Positions 27,846 through 37,491 of a DNA stretch of 64,000 nt are shown in pieces (within the stretch, counting starts at the first letter, position 1; each line of letters begins with the position of its first letter). Under the pieces are notes generated by a model. It had not been told where the DNA came from. It saw only the letters and a list, made by a program, of their open reading frames with translations, and searched no databases. The position numbers and the translations under genes were made by a program. Source of the DNA: Hymenobacter sp. (GTDB lineage Bacteria > Bacteroidota > Bacteroidia > Cytophagales > Hymenobacteraceae); contig JAYWCH010000252.1 in NCBI GenBank assembly GCA_043780755.1, positions 178 to 64,177 on the forward strand. The letters are read 5' to 3'.

Positions 27846-30800
27846 ATGCGTCCACTTTTTCTCTTCGTTGCAGCTGCGGGATTGATCTTTGGGGCGGCTT
27901 TTCCGGTCCGGGCTCAGTCGACGGGCACGGCCCACGGCACCATTAAGTGGGGCGGTTACGCCGAAGTGCCCACCCTGGGCTCGCGCAAGCAGAAAGTGCC
28001 CACCTTCAACGAAGCGCACCCGGCCCTGGACGATCAGGTGGGCTGGTACAGCCTGCGGCTGAACGGGGCGGTCGGTCAGGGCGAGCTCATCAACCTGATC
28101 TACGAACCGTTTCCGGCGGCCGACGCCAGGCTGTTCAACCTGAGCAAGCTGCCGGCCGGCCCGGAGCCCCGCCTCACGTCGGGTACGGAGATGAAGCGGT
28201 CCATCAGTCACCTGAGCCTGCGCCCCGTGCGCCGCAACCCGCAGACGGGTCAGGCCGAGCGGCTGGTGGCCTTCGACTACCGCTACAGCGCCGGTCCGGC
28301 GGCGCGGGGCACGGCGGCCGGGCGGTCCCACGCCGCCCACTCGGTGCTGGCCAACGGCGACTGGTATAAAATGGGCGTGGCCGAAAGTGGCGTTTACAAG
28401 GTCGATAAGGGTGTTTTGCGCAGCATGGGGCTCAATCCGCAGGGCGTGAATCCCAATAACCTGCACGTGTACGGCAACGCCACGGGCCTGCTGCCCCAGG
28501 CCAACGCCGCCCCGCGCCCCGACGACCTGGCCGAAAACAACGTGCTCTTCGTGGGCAACGGGGACAACGTGTTCGACGACAACGAATACTTTCTCTTCTA
28601 CTCGCCCGGGGCGCACACTTGGCAGGCGCAGTGGGGCATTTTCACCCACCGCAATAATATTTATTCCGACACCACGTATTATTTCGTGACGGTCAATAAC
28701 ACGGCCGGCCGGCGCGTACCCACGGCGGCGGCACTGGCCGCCAATGCCAACACCCCCACGATTTCGACCTTCACCTACCACGACTTTCACGAGCACGACC
28801 TCGTTAACCTGTTGCATTCGGGCCGCAACTGGGTGGGGGAGAGCTTTCAGAATGGCGGGCAGCAGAATTTTTCCTTCAGCAACATTCCGGATCTGGTGCC
28901 CAATGTGCCGGTGCGGGTCACGGCGTCGCTGGTGGCGAATGCGGGGACGGCCAGCTCTTTTCAGCTCGCGCTGAACGGGGGGGCGTTGGGCGTGCAGACT
29001 CTGCCGGCCCGGCCGGGCTATGATTTTGGGGCGATTGCCACCGTCAGCATTGTTACCAATCAGCTGGCGCTCAGCAATCCGGGAACCGAGCTGCGGGTGG
29101 GGTTGACTTTCAGCAGCGGCGACCCGAGCGCCAACGGCTACCTCGATTACCTGGAAATCAACGCCGAGCGGCAGCTCAAGCTCAGCGGCTCGCAGCTGGA
29201 ATTTCGTACCCTGGCCAACATTGCGCCCCGGGCGCTGAACCGGTTTGCCGTGGCCAACGCCGCCGGGGCTACGGTGTGGGACGTGACCAACCCGCGCCAG
29301 GCCGTCGCCCGCGCCCTTGATGCCTCGGGCAGCTTCGTGGCGCCCGCCGATACGCTGCGGGAGTACGTGGCCTTCCAGCCCGGCGGCGCCTTTAATGCGC
29401 CCCGCCCATTTGGCCGGGTGCCCAATCAGGATCTGCACGCGCTCAATAACAGTCCCAACGCCCTGATTGACCTGGTAATCGTAACGTACGCGCCCTTCAA
29501 AGCGCAGGCGCAGCAGCTGGCCGATCATCGTACCCGCCATGACAACCTGCGCGTGGCCGTGGTGACGACGGCCGAAGTGTACAACGAGTTCGGTTCGGGC
29601 GGGCAGGATGTGACGGCCATCCGCGACCTGATGAAGCAGCTCTACGACCGGGCGCCCGCCGGCCGCAGTATGCAGCTGCTGCTGTTCGGTGACGCTTCGT
29701 ATGACTACAAGTCCGATCCCTACAATAACAAAGCCTTCGAGCCGGCGTGGTGGCGCGATCGGGTGCCGTTCAAGAGCGACCCGGACTTCGATGCTTTCAA
29801 CCAGAACTACGTCCCTACGTACGAGTCGCGAGAGTCGCTGGCGCCCTTCTACGGGGGTGCGTACGGCCAGGCCAGCTACGCTTCGGATGATTATTACGCC
29901 CTGCTCGATGATAGCGAAGGCGAGTGGGATGAGCAGAATCCGGGCAGTGAATTGCTCGACATCGGCGTGGGTCGCCTGCCGATCCGCACGCCCAAGGGTA
30001 AGCCGACCGACACTGATCAGGCCCAACAGACGGTGGCCAAGATCATCAGCTACGATGCGGCTTCGGCCTACGGGAAGTGGCGCAATCGCCTCACGCTGGT
30101 GTCCGATGACGGCAACGGGGATTTGTTCGTCGGGCAGGGTTCGGAGATAATCGCCCGGACCGTGCAGACCGATTACCCGGTCTACAACGTGCACAAAGTT
30201 TACCTCGACCTGTACCCGCAGCAAACCGTGGCGGCGGGCCAGCGCTCGCCCGAAACCAATCGCGCCATCGACTTGTCGGCGGAGCAGGGGTCGCTGATTA
30301 TCAATTACCTGGGCCACGGCGGGCCCAAGGGCTGGTCCAATGCCCAGATTCTGACCAATGCCTCCGTGCTGGCCCTGCGCAACCCCAACACCCTGACTTT
30401 TTTCACCACCGGCACCTGCGATTTCAGCACCTACGATAACCCCGATTTCACCTCCGCCGGCGAGCAGGCCCTGACCGATAACCCCACCGGCGGCGCAATC
30501 GGGCTCTTCACCACTACCCGCGTCGTAGATGCCGGCCTCAATGCCGGACTGAACCAGGCGTATTTCAACCGCGTGCTGCGGCCCTTCAATGGCCAGATGC
30601 CCACCATCGGGACGGTGGTGATGCTGAGCAAGAACGACTATCCCGGTCCCGGCCAGTCGGGCGTGATCAACAACCGCAACTACACGCTGCTGGCCGACCC
30701 CAGCCTGACGCTGGCCTACCCGAAGCAATCGGTGGTGCTCGACAGCATTCGGCGGCGGGGTAAAAACGGCTGGGAGCCGGCCGATACCCTACAAGCCCTG

Positions 30801-31841
30801 GCGCTGGTCCGGCTGCACGGGCGCTTGCTCAATAACGGGGCTGCCAATTCTGCCTTTACCGGCCGGGCCCAGGTTACGATCTACGATAAGCCGACGACCG
30901 TGATGACGCTCGGGGATAAATCGGGCGGCGACCCCGCCTCGGCCGATGCGCCGCGGCCGGTGGTGGTGCAGGAGAATATTATTTACGGCGGGCAGGCCGA
31001 GGTTGTGAATGGGCAGTTCAACCTCTCCTTCGTGGTGCCCAAGGATATCAACTATAATATCGGGGCGGGAAAAATCAGCCTGTACGCTTACGATGCTATG
31101 CACGCCATTGACGCCCAGGGCTTTCAATTTAAGCTGGTGGGCAGCGCGGCGCGGAATGTCGCCAAAGACACCATCCCGCCGCTGATCAGCCTGTTCATGG
31201 ACAATGAGTCGTTTGCCTACGGCGGCCTCACCGCGCCCACCACCACGCTGCTGGCCCGGCTCAGCGACAATAGCGGCATCAACACGACCGGGGCGGGGAT
31301 TGGGCACGACATTACGGCCGTGCTCGACCGCGATCCCAATAAGCTCATCGTGCTCAACGACAGCTACGTAGCCAACGTCGGCAACTTCCGGGCGGGCCGC
31401 GTCAATAGCTTGTTTAAAGACCTGGCCACCGGCCCGCACTCACTGCGTCTTAAAGCCTGGGATACCTACAATAACTCGGCGGAAAAGGAGATTGAATTCG
31501 TGGTGGCCCACGACGAAAAGCTCGCCCTCGACCACGTATTGAACTACCCCAATCCGTTTGCCAGCTCAACTACGTTCTTCTTCGACCACAACCAGGCCGG
31601 CGGCGAGCCCGATAACCTGGACGTGCAGGTGCAGATTTTTACCGTCGCGGGCCATTTGGTGCGCACCCTGACGGCCACCGTTTCCAGCACCGAAGCTCAC
31701 CAACGCAGTATTACCTGGAATGGCCGCGACGAATACAATGACCAGCTGGCCCGGGGCGTTTACGTGTACCGCCTGAGCGTGCGCTCGCCCCACACCAATT
31801 CCACGGCTTCGAAATACGAAAAACTCGTCATCCTCAACTAA
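27846..31841 (+). CDS. porU: Type IX secretion system sortase PorU (C25 gingipain-like peptidase family)
   Basis: Trimmed to MRPLFLFVAAAGLIFGAAFPVRAQ. 1331 aa. C25-type core (LVIVTYAPFKAQAQQLADHRT..., NYLGHGGPKGW, FFTTGTCDFS). C-terminal CTD-like LNYPNPFASSTTFFF. Immediately followed by porV. Confidence 0.85.
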   Translation: MRPLFLFVAAAGLIFGAAFPVRAQSTGTAHGTIKWGGYAEVPTLGSRKQKVPTFNEAHPALDDQVGWYSLRLNGAVGQGELINLIYEPFPAADARLFNLSKLPAGPEPRLTSGTEMKRSISHLSLRPVRRNPQTGQAERLVAFDYRYSAGPAARGTAAGRSHAAHSVLANGDWYKMGVAESGVYKVDKGVLRSMGLNPQGVNPNNLHVYGNATGLLPQANAAPRPDDLAENNVLFVGNGDNVFDDNEYFLFYSPGAHTWQAQWGIFTHRNNIYSDTTYYFVTVNNTAGRRVPTAAALAANANTPTISTFTYHDFHEHDLVNLLHSGRNWVGESFQNGGQQNFSFSNIPDLVPNVPVRVTASLVANAGTASSFQLALNGGALGVQTLPARPGYDFGAIATVSIVTNQLALSNPGTELRVGLTFSSGDPSANGYLDYLEINAERQLKLSGSQLEFRTLANIAPRALNRFAVANAAGATVWDVTNPRQAVARALDASGSFVAPADTLREYVAFQPGGAFNAPRPFGRVPNQDLHALNNSPNALIDLVIVTYAPFKAQAQQLADHRTRHDNLRVAVVTTAEVYNEFGSGGQDVTAIRDLMKQLYDRAPAGRSMQLLLFGDASYDYKSDPYNNKAFEPAWWRDRVPFKSDPDFDAFNQNYVPTYESRESLAPFYGGAYGQASYASDDYYALLDDSEGEWDEQNPGSELLDIGVGRLPIRTPKGKPTDTDQAQQTVAKIISYDAASAYGKWRNRLTLVSDDGNGDLFVGQGSEIIARTVQTDYPVYNVHKVYLDLYPQQTVAAGQRSPETNRAIDLSAEQGSLIINYLGHGGPKGWSNAQILTNASVLALRNPNTLTFFTTGTCDFSTYDNPDFTSAGEQALTDNPTGGAIGLFTTTRVVDAGLNAGLNQAYFNRVLRPFNGQMPTIGTVVMLSKNDYPGPGQSGVINNRNYTLLADPSLTLAYPKQSVVLDSIRRRGKNGWEPADTLQALALVRLHGRLLNNGAANSAFTGRAQVTIYDKPTTVMTLGDKSGGDPASADAPRPVVVQENIIYGGQAEVVNGQFNLSFVVPKDINYNIGAGKISLYAYDAMHAIDAQGFQFKLVGSAARNVAKDTIPPLISLFMDNESFAYGGLTAPTTTLLARLSDNSGINTTGAGIGHDITAVLDRDPNKLIVLNDSYVANVGNFRAGRVNSLFKDLATGPHSLRLKAWDTYNNSAEKEIEFVVAHDEKLALDHVLNYPNPFASSTTFFFDHNQAGGEPDNLDVQVQIFTVAGHLVRTLTATVSSTEAHQRSITWNGRDEYNDQLARGVYVYRLSVRSPHTNSTASKYEKLVILN

Positions 31842-31890
31842 TCTGATTTTCTTTGCGTCCGGGCTGCGCCTGGCCTCCTTTTCTTTCCTT

Positions 31891-33123
31891 ATGAAAGCTC
31901 TTTTGTTTCATTCGCGCCTGGCGCTGGTTGCCGGTCTACTGACTTTCGCGGCCACTGCCCAGGCTCAGATCAACGCCGAAAATGGTGCCCACACCATCAC
32001 CACGGCCGTGCCCATTCTCACGCTCAGCCCCGATGCGCGGGCGGCGGCGCTGGGGGAGGCCGGGGTGGCGACTTCGCCCGACGCCAACTCGGCGTATTTC
32101 AATCCCGGTAAGCTGGGGTTTGTGCCGTATAAATTCGCGTTTTCCGCTTCGTACTCGCCCTGGCTGCGCGCCATCACCGACGACATGAGCCTGTCGTACC
32201 TCTCGGGCTACGGCAAAATCGGCAAGCGCTCGGCCATCGGGGGTTCGTTGATGTATTTTGATCTGGGCTCGATCAATTACACCACCGCCAGCAATCAGCC
32301 GTACGGCACCTTTAGTCCGAAAGAATATGCCGCCACGGTCTCCTACGGGCAGCAGCTGACCGATAATTTCGGCGTGGGTATTTCGGCCCGCTACGTTCGC
32401 TCCAACCTCGTGGGCGCCATTAATGGCAACGATGCCCAGCCCGGCAATGCGGCAGCGGTGGATCTGGGGGCATATTATTCGAAGGATGCCACCATCGGCA
32501 CCGGCCTGTATAATCTGTCTTTCGGGGCGTCCATCCTCAATATCGGCAATAAGATTACCTACACCGACCCCAAAAATCCCAGCTTTCTCCCCACTTCGCT
32601 TAAGCTGGGCACGGCCATCACGCGGGAGATCGATCAGTATAATAAGATCACCCTCATGTTTGATGCCACCAAGCTGCTGGTGCCCTCGCCCTACTACGTG
32701 GATGGCGCGCCGGCCAACGATCCGGCCGTGAAGGCTGAAAACGACCGTCGCAACCAAATGAATATCGTGAGCGGCATCCTCAATTCGTTCAGCGATGCGC
32801 CGGGCGGATTTAAGGAGGAGTTGCGCGAAATCAACCTTTCGACCGGCCTGGAGTACAACTACAACGACCTGCTGTTTGCCCGGGGCGGCTACTTCTACGA
32901 GGCGCCTGATAAGGGCGGCCGGCAGTACGTGAGCCTGGGCCTGGGCGTTCGCTACCAGGTTTTCGGCATCGACGGCGCTTATCTGGTGCCCACGGGCAAT
33001 AATCAGAACAATCCCCTGGCCCAGACGATTCGGGTATCGTTGCACTTCAACCTCAACAAGCTCTCCGACGCCTTCGACGAAAATGGCGCCGGTGGCACCA
33101 GCGGCACTCCGCCCACGAACTAG
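31891..33123 (+). CDS. porV: Type IX secretion outer-membrane shuttle/channel protein PorV (LptO)
   Basis: 410 aa. Signal peptide. TTAVPILTLSPDARAAALGEAGVATSPDANSAYFNPGKL is the typical PorV N-terminus. Beta-barrel-like alternation. Confidence 0.85.
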   Translation: MKALLFHSRLALVAGLLTFAATAQAQINAENGAHTITTAVPILTLSPDARAAALGEAGVATSPDANSAYFNPGKLGFVPYKFAFSASYSPWLRAITDDMSLSYLSGYGKIGKRSAIGGSLMYFDLGSINYTTASNQPYGTFSPKEYAATVSYGQQLTDNFGVGISARYVRSNLVGAINGNDAQPGNAAAVDLGAYYSKDATIGTGLYNLSFGASILNIGNKITYTDPKNPSFLPTSLKLGTAITREIDQYNKITLMFDATKLLVPSPYYVDGAPANDPAVKAENDRRNQMNIVSGILNSFSDAPGGFKEELREINLSTGLEYNYNDLLFARGGYFYEAPDKGGRQYVSLGLGVRYQVFGIDGAYLVPTGNNQNNPLAQTIRVSLHFNLNKLSDAFDENGAGGTSGTPPTN

Positions 33124-33141
33124 GCGGTTTAGCACGACCGC

Positions 33142-33201
33142 AGATGGGGCGATGAGGGACGTGACCAGCGCACGAATCCTTCATCGCCCCATCTCTTTTT
33201 T
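33142..33201 (+). terminator. Rho-independent terminator after porV
   Basis: 14-bp perfect stem AGATGGGGCGATGA / TCATCGCCCCATCT followed by CTTTTTT. Confidence 0.55.
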
Positions 33202-33245
33202 GGCCGCCAGAATCCAAACACTTAACTATCTTAATTCTTAGTAGC

Positions 33246-34538
33246 ATGCTCGATCGTACCGTCGCTCCTCCCGTCCAGCCGTTGGCCCGCGTCACGCTGC
33301 CCGTGGCAGACGTGATTTCCCTGCCCAGCGGAGCCCGGCTGCACGTGTTGGCCAATGATGCCCAGCCCGTGGTGCGCCTGCAAGTGGTATTCCGCGCCGG
33401 CAAAATCGCCGAGCCCCGTCCCGGCCTGGCTTCCCTCACCGCCCGGATGCTGCTCGAAGGCACCACCACCCGCACCGCCCGTCAGATTGCCGACGAGGTG
33501 GCGTTCTACGGTGCCTCGCTCGACTGCGATTCGGGATTCGACCGCGCCACGCTCACGCTCTACTGCCTCACCCGGCACCTGCCGGTGCTGCTCCCGCTGG
33601 TGCTGGACGTGATTGTCAACCCCGCCTTCCCGGCCGCCGAGTTGGATCAGCTCAAAACCCGCACCACCCAGAACGTGCGGGTAGAACGCCAGAAAACCAG
33701 TTTCCTGGCTTCGGAACGCTTCAATGAGCTGCTCTTTGGTGCCCACACGCCGTATGGTCAGCCCTTCGATAGTGATGCTTACCAGGTGCTGACGGCGGCC
33801 GAAGCCCAGGCTTTTCACCAAGCGGCGTACGGGTTCGGTCAGGCCGAAATCTTCCTCTGCGGCGATGTCGCGGCCGAGCGGGAGCTGGTGGCCGCCGCTT
33901 TCAGTGTAACCCCGGCCCGGCCGGCCCACGAACCAGCGACCGGCGCTACCGCGCTGGCGGCCCACGAACCCGCCGAGGCTACCCGCCTCGACCGGGTCTC
34001 GGTGGCCGGAAGCCTGCAGGCTTCCGTGCGCATGGGCCGGGCCTGCCCCGGCCCCACGCATCCCCAGATCCATCATCTGAAGCTGCTGGTGAATGTGCTG
34101 GGCGGCTATTTCGGCTCGCGCCTGATGCGTAATATTCGGGAAGATAAGGGTTTGACTTACGGGATTTACGCCAGCGTGGCGCCCCGGGAGCACGGCACTT
34201 CGCTCGTTATCGGAACCGATGTCAAGGGCGAAAGCGCGGATTTTGCGGTGAGTGAAATCAGCATGGAGCTTCGCCGCCTGCAGGAAGAGCTGATTCCGGC
34301 CGAGGAGCTGGAAACGGTGCGCAGCTACATTCTGGGGAAATTTGCCAATGAGCTTTCCACCGTTTTCGAGCAGTGCGACAAATACAAAACCATCGTTTTC
34401 CTGGGCTTGTCAGCAGATTATTACACCGAGTTTGTCCGCGAGACGGAAACGGTTGATGCCGAAACGCTGCGTACTCTGGCCCAGCAGTACTTCACGCCCG
34501 AGGCCATGCAGATCGTCATCGCTGGACCAGCGGAGTAA
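33246..34538 (+). CDS. M16 (pitrilysin) family peptidase-like protein, apparently lacking the HxxEH zinc motif
   Basis: 430 aa, two-lobed M16 architecture (…LASLTARMLLEGTTTRT…, …LLVNVLGGYFGSRLMRNIREDKGLTYGIY…). I found no HxxEH by eye. Confidence 0.75.
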   Translation: MLDRTVAPPVQPLARVTLPVADVISLPSGARLHVLANDAQPVVRLQVVFRAGKIAEPRPGLASLTARMLLEGTTTRTARQIADEVAFYGASLDCDSGFDRATLTLYCLTRHLPVLLPLVLDVIVNPAFPAAELDQLKTRTTQNVRVERQKTSFLASERFNELLFGAHTPYGQPFDSDAYQVLTAAEAQAFHQAAYGFGQAEIFLCGDVAAERELVAAAFSVTPARPAHEPATGATALAAHEPAEATRLDRVSVAGSLQASVRMGRACPGPTHPQIHHLKLLVNVLGGYFGSRLMRNIREDKGLTYGIYASVAPREHGTSLVIGTDVKGESADFAVSEISMELRRLQEELIPAEELETVRSYILGKFANELSTVFEQCDKYKTIVFLGLSADYYTEFVRETETVDAETLRTLAQQYFTPEAMQIVIAGPAE

Positions 34539-34544
34539 GTGGTT

Positions 34545-34600
34545 TTAATCGTCAAAAAGCCCCGTCACCAGCATTGGTGGCGGGGCTTTTTGACGATTAA
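34545..34600. terminator. Bidirectional terminator with a 26-bp stem
   Basis: TTAATCGTCAAAAAGCCCCGTCACCA-GCAT-TGGTGGCGGGGCTTTTTGACGATTAA (one mismatch), between convergent M16 and ndh genes. Confidence 0.75.
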
Positions 34601-34645
34601 AAACTAGTATTTTAGGCTGAATAATTATTCCTGAATAATAGTAAC

Positions 34646-34757
34646 GTCCGTCATGCATAGCGTAGCGAAGCATCTCGCATGGACGAGTAATCATCTGCGT
34701 TAGGCAAAAGGATTATTCGTCCACGCGAGATGCTTCGCTACGCTCTGCATGACCGAC
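34646..34757. repeat. Palindromic REP/MITE-like element, 47-nt arms
   Basis: Left arm GTCCGTCATGCATAGCGTAGCGAAGCATCTCGCATGGACGAGTAATC. The reverse complement of the right arm matches it at 43 of 47 positions. 18-nt loop. CTGCATGACCGAC is directly duplicated at 34745-34757 and 34765-34777. Confidence 0.7.
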
Positions 34758-34801
34758 TTTGCTTCTGCATGACCGACGTTATTTAGCAACAGGCTCCGAG
34801 C

Positions 34802-36205
34802 TTACCGCATTACCGGCGTCTGAATAGCCGGGGGCGTGGCCGTGTAGTCGGCGGTAGCAGTCCGCAGCTCGGCGCTCTTTTTGCCCTGGTCATCCTTCAC
34901 ATCGCGGCGGTTGAAGGGGCGGATGATGAGCCGCAGGGCCTGATCGGAGCTAAAGTAGCTGAAGGCCCAGTCGACAAAAGCCACCACTTTATTGCGGAAA
35001 CCAACCAGCGTGAGCAAGTGAATAAAGAGCCAGGTGAGCCAGCCGAAAAAGCCGTTGAAGTGAATGTTGCCGGGCAGATCGACGACGGCCTTGTTGCGGC
35101 TCACGATAGCCATCGAGCCTTTATTGGTGTAGACGAAAGCCGTGGGCTGTTCGCCGCGCAACAGGCGCTGGATGTTGCCGGCCAGGTGGTCGGCCTGCTG
35201 CTGGGCCACGGGGGCGAGCATGGGCATGCCGCGCGGCATCTTATCCGTGACGAGGTTGGCCACGTCGCCGATGGCGAAGATGTTGGGCTGGCCCAGCACT
35301 TGGCTCCAGCTATTGACGGTAATACGTTTGTTGTGGGCCACGACTTCGGCGGGTAGGCCGGGGACTTCGGCGCCGTTCACGCCGGCGGCCCACACCAGGT
35401 TGGCAGTCGGGATAAATTCAGTTTCGGAGAAGTAAGCCTTGCCGTCTTCGTAGCGTTTGATGGACGTGTTGAGGCGGACCAGGACGCCCAGATCGTCCAT
35501 GTAGCGCTTGGCATCGGCCCGCGAGGCGGGCGACATGGGGCCGAGCAGGGCATCTCCGGCTTCAACCAGGAAAATCTGCATGGTCTGCAAATCCAGCTCG
35601 GGGTAATCTTTGGGCAGCACATGCTTGCGCATTTCGGCCAGCGAGCCACTGATTTCGACCCCGGTGGGGCCGCCACCCACCACCACGATATTGAGCAGCG
35701 CCTGTCGGGCGGCGGGGTCGTCGGTGAGCAGGGCTTTCTCGAAATTCTGGAAGATAAAGCTTCTCAGGTTCAATGCGTTGGGGATGCTTTTGATCTGCAT
35801 CGCATTGCGCTCGATGCTTTCCAGGCCAAAGAAATTAGTGAGCGAGCCGGTGGCCAGCACCAGGTAGTCGTAGTGAATATCGCCGATGCTGGTCGTGATC
35901 GTATTGCGCGCCGGATCGACCCGCTGCACGTCGGCCATGCGGTAGAAGAAGTTCTCCTGGCCCGCAAAAATCTTGCGAATCGGATAGGCGATGCTGTCGG
36001 CTTCGAGCGCGCCGGTAGCCACCTGATAGAGCAGGGGCTGGAAGTTATGGTAATTGTTGCGGTCGACCATCACCACCTGCACGGGGGCGCGGCGCAGGGC
36101 CTGGGCCAGCCGCAGGCCGCCGAAGCCGCAGCCGATAATCAGCACGCGGGGGTGGGTCGAAACGGGAAGATTGGTATCCATGAGGAAAGGGTTTGGAGTA
36201 GACAA
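34802..36205 (-). CDS. ndh: Type II NADH:quinone oxidoreductase (NDH-2)
   Basis: 467 aa. Two dinucleotide folds, VLIIGCGFGGLRLA and VVVGGGPTGVE. C-terminal amphipathic/membrane region. Confidence 0.85.
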   Translation of the reverse strand: MSTPNPFLMDTNLPVSTHPRVLIIGCGFGGLRLAQALRRAPVQVVMVDRNNYHNFQPLLYQVATGALEADSIAYPIRKIFAGQENFFYRMADVQRVDPARNTITTSIGDIHYDYLVLATGSLTNFFGLESIERNAMQIKSIPNALNLRSFIFQNFEKALLTDDPAARQALLNIVVVGGGPTGVEISGSLAEMRKHVLPKDYPELDLQTMQIFLVEAGDALLGPMSPASRADAKRYMDDLGVLVRLNTSIKRYEDGKAYFSETEFIPTANLVWAAGVNGAEVPGLPAEVVAHNKRITVNSWSQVLGQPNIFAIGDVANLVTDKMPRGMPMLAPVAQQQADHLAGNIQRLLRGEQPTAFVYTNKGSMAIVSRNKAVVDLPGNIHFNGFFGWLTWLFIHLLTLVGFRNKVVAFVDWAFSYFSSDQALRLIIRPFNRRDVKDDQGKKSAELRTATADYTATPPAIQTPVMR

Positions 36206-36269
36206 CAGGATCTACTTTAACCCCAAAAGCCCCGGGAAGTTGCCCGCCGCCGGAGCGCGGGCCAGTCGG

Positions 36270-36959
36270 CTAGTAGTCGTCGCGGTCCTTTTTCTTAAAC
36301 TCCCCCTTTTTCACCTGCTGAATGAGTTGCAGCCAGCTGAAGGGATTGAGCAAAGGATTGTTGGAATATTGGTTGGGGGCCATGCCCTGGCGGGCGTCGT
36401 AGTTATACTGCTGCTGCTGCATGGTTTGCCGGAAGTTGGCCACCGCGCCCATGGGCTGGGTGTTGAAGATGCGGCGCATGAGCTGCTCGTTGAGGTTGTC
36501 GGCGGCGGCGCTGCCGCGCTCGGTAGGCAGGCGCAGAGCCAGAAATGCCTTTTTGAAGTCGCGCTCGGTGGCATAGGGAAACACGCGCACCTCGCTCAGC
36601 ATGGTGGCATCTTCCTTGAGCTGAATGATGATGGAGTAGCTCAGGCCCTGAAAATCGGCGGGAATGACGATGGTCTGGTTGGCGTAGCCCAGGGAGCGGA
36701 AGACGATGCTGTCGCCGGCGAGCACGGCCATCGAAAAGTAGCCGTAGGCATTGGAAGCCGTGCCCCGGCCGGCTTTGGGTACATAAATAGTGGCCCCGGG
36801 CACGCCCAGCAGACTATCGCCGCTGGCCACAATGCCGGTGAACTGGATAACCCGACGCTTCCCCTGGGCGTGGGCCGCCGGGGCCGTCAGCAGAAGGCTG
36901 CCCAGGAGAATAAGGGCTAAAAATAGGGAACAGCGACGAAGGCGCAGGAAATCAGGCAT
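36270..36959 (-). CDS. Secreted carboxypeptidase-regulatory-like (CarboxypepD_reg) domain protein
   Basis: Trimmed to MPDFLRLRRCSLFLALILLGSLLLTAPAAHAQ. The FTGIVASGDSLLGVPGATIYV...GYFSMAVLAGDSIVFRSLGY beta-sandwich pattern. Confidence 0.65.
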   Translation of the reverse strand: MPDFLRLRRCSLFLALILLGSLLLTAPAAHAQGKRRVIQFTGIVASGDSLLGVPGATIYVPKAGRGTASNAYGYFSMAVLAGDSIVFRSLGYANQTIVIPADFQGLSYSIIIQLKEDATMLSEVRVFPYATERDFKKAFLALRLPTERGSAAADNLNEQLMRRIFNTQPMGAVANFRQTMQQQQYNYDARQGMAPNQYSNNPLLNPFSWLQLIQQVKKGEFKKKDRDDY

Positions 36960-36977
36960 ATTCAGGGAGCAGAAAAA

Positions 36978-36985
36978 CAAATATA
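36978..36985 (-). promoter_or_regulatory. -7 box TATATTTG upstream of the CarboxypepD_reg gene
   Basis: Exact TAnnTTTG on the minus strand, 19 nt upstream of ATG 36959. Confidence 0.3.
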
Positions 36986-37009
36986 CGGCGCCGGGTTCGG
37001 GGCCGATGG

Positions 37010-37017
37010 TAACTTTG
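37010..37017 (+). promoter_or_regulatory. -7 box TAACTTTG upstream of the ArsR-family gene
   Basis: Exact TAnnTTTG on the plus strand, 48 nt upstream of the start at 37065. Divergent to the previous box. Confidence 0.35.
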
Positions 37018-37064
37018 CGGGCAGGCAACGAAGGGGCCGGTCCCTTCCCAGACAGTAGACGCGC

Positions 37065-37460
37065 TTGGAACATTTCACGGTTGCTTTTGGGCAGCAACTT
37101 TTTAAATCACTGGGCGATGAAAGTCGGGTGCGCTTGCTGCATTTGCTGTGGCGCAACCGGGAAATGGTAGTGGCTGATCTCGAACAAGTCCTGGATTTTA
37201 CCCAAACCAAAACCAGTCGGCAATTATCGTACTTAAAGAATGCAGGTCTGGTGAATGTGCGCCGGCTCGACAACTGGATGTACTACTCCCTGAAAGCCGA
37301 AGCCGGCGAGCTGCTGCCCGCCTTGCTGGCCGGCATGGAAAACGATCCGTTGCTACTGCGCGACCAGCAAGTGTACCAAACCCTGTGGTCGAACCGGGAA
37401 CTGGCCGCGTATAAGCTGCAAAACCGGCACTGGCACGGCCCGGCCCGGTCCGGCGGCTAA
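37065..37460 (+). CDS. ArsR/SmtB-family winged-helix transcriptional regulator
   Basis: 131 aa. LFKSLGDESRVRLLHLL...VADLEQVLDFTQTKTSRQLSYLKNAGLV helix-turn-helix pattern. TTG start. Confidence 0.8.
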   Translation: MEHFTVAFGQQLFKSLGDESRVRLLHLLWRNREMVVADLEQVLDFTQTKTSRQLSYLKNAGLVNVRRLDNWMYYSLKAEAGELLPALLAGMENDPLLLRDQQVYQTLWSNRELAAYKLQNRHWHGPARSGG

Positions 37461-37491
37461 AGTCCGGTAACTTCAACTCTGCCGCCGCATT

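Noticed and set aside
27804-30728. 974-aa minus-strand ORF antisense to porU
   Set aside because: Same high-GC antisense artefact. porU on the plus strand has a clear signal peptide, C25-type motifs and a CTD.
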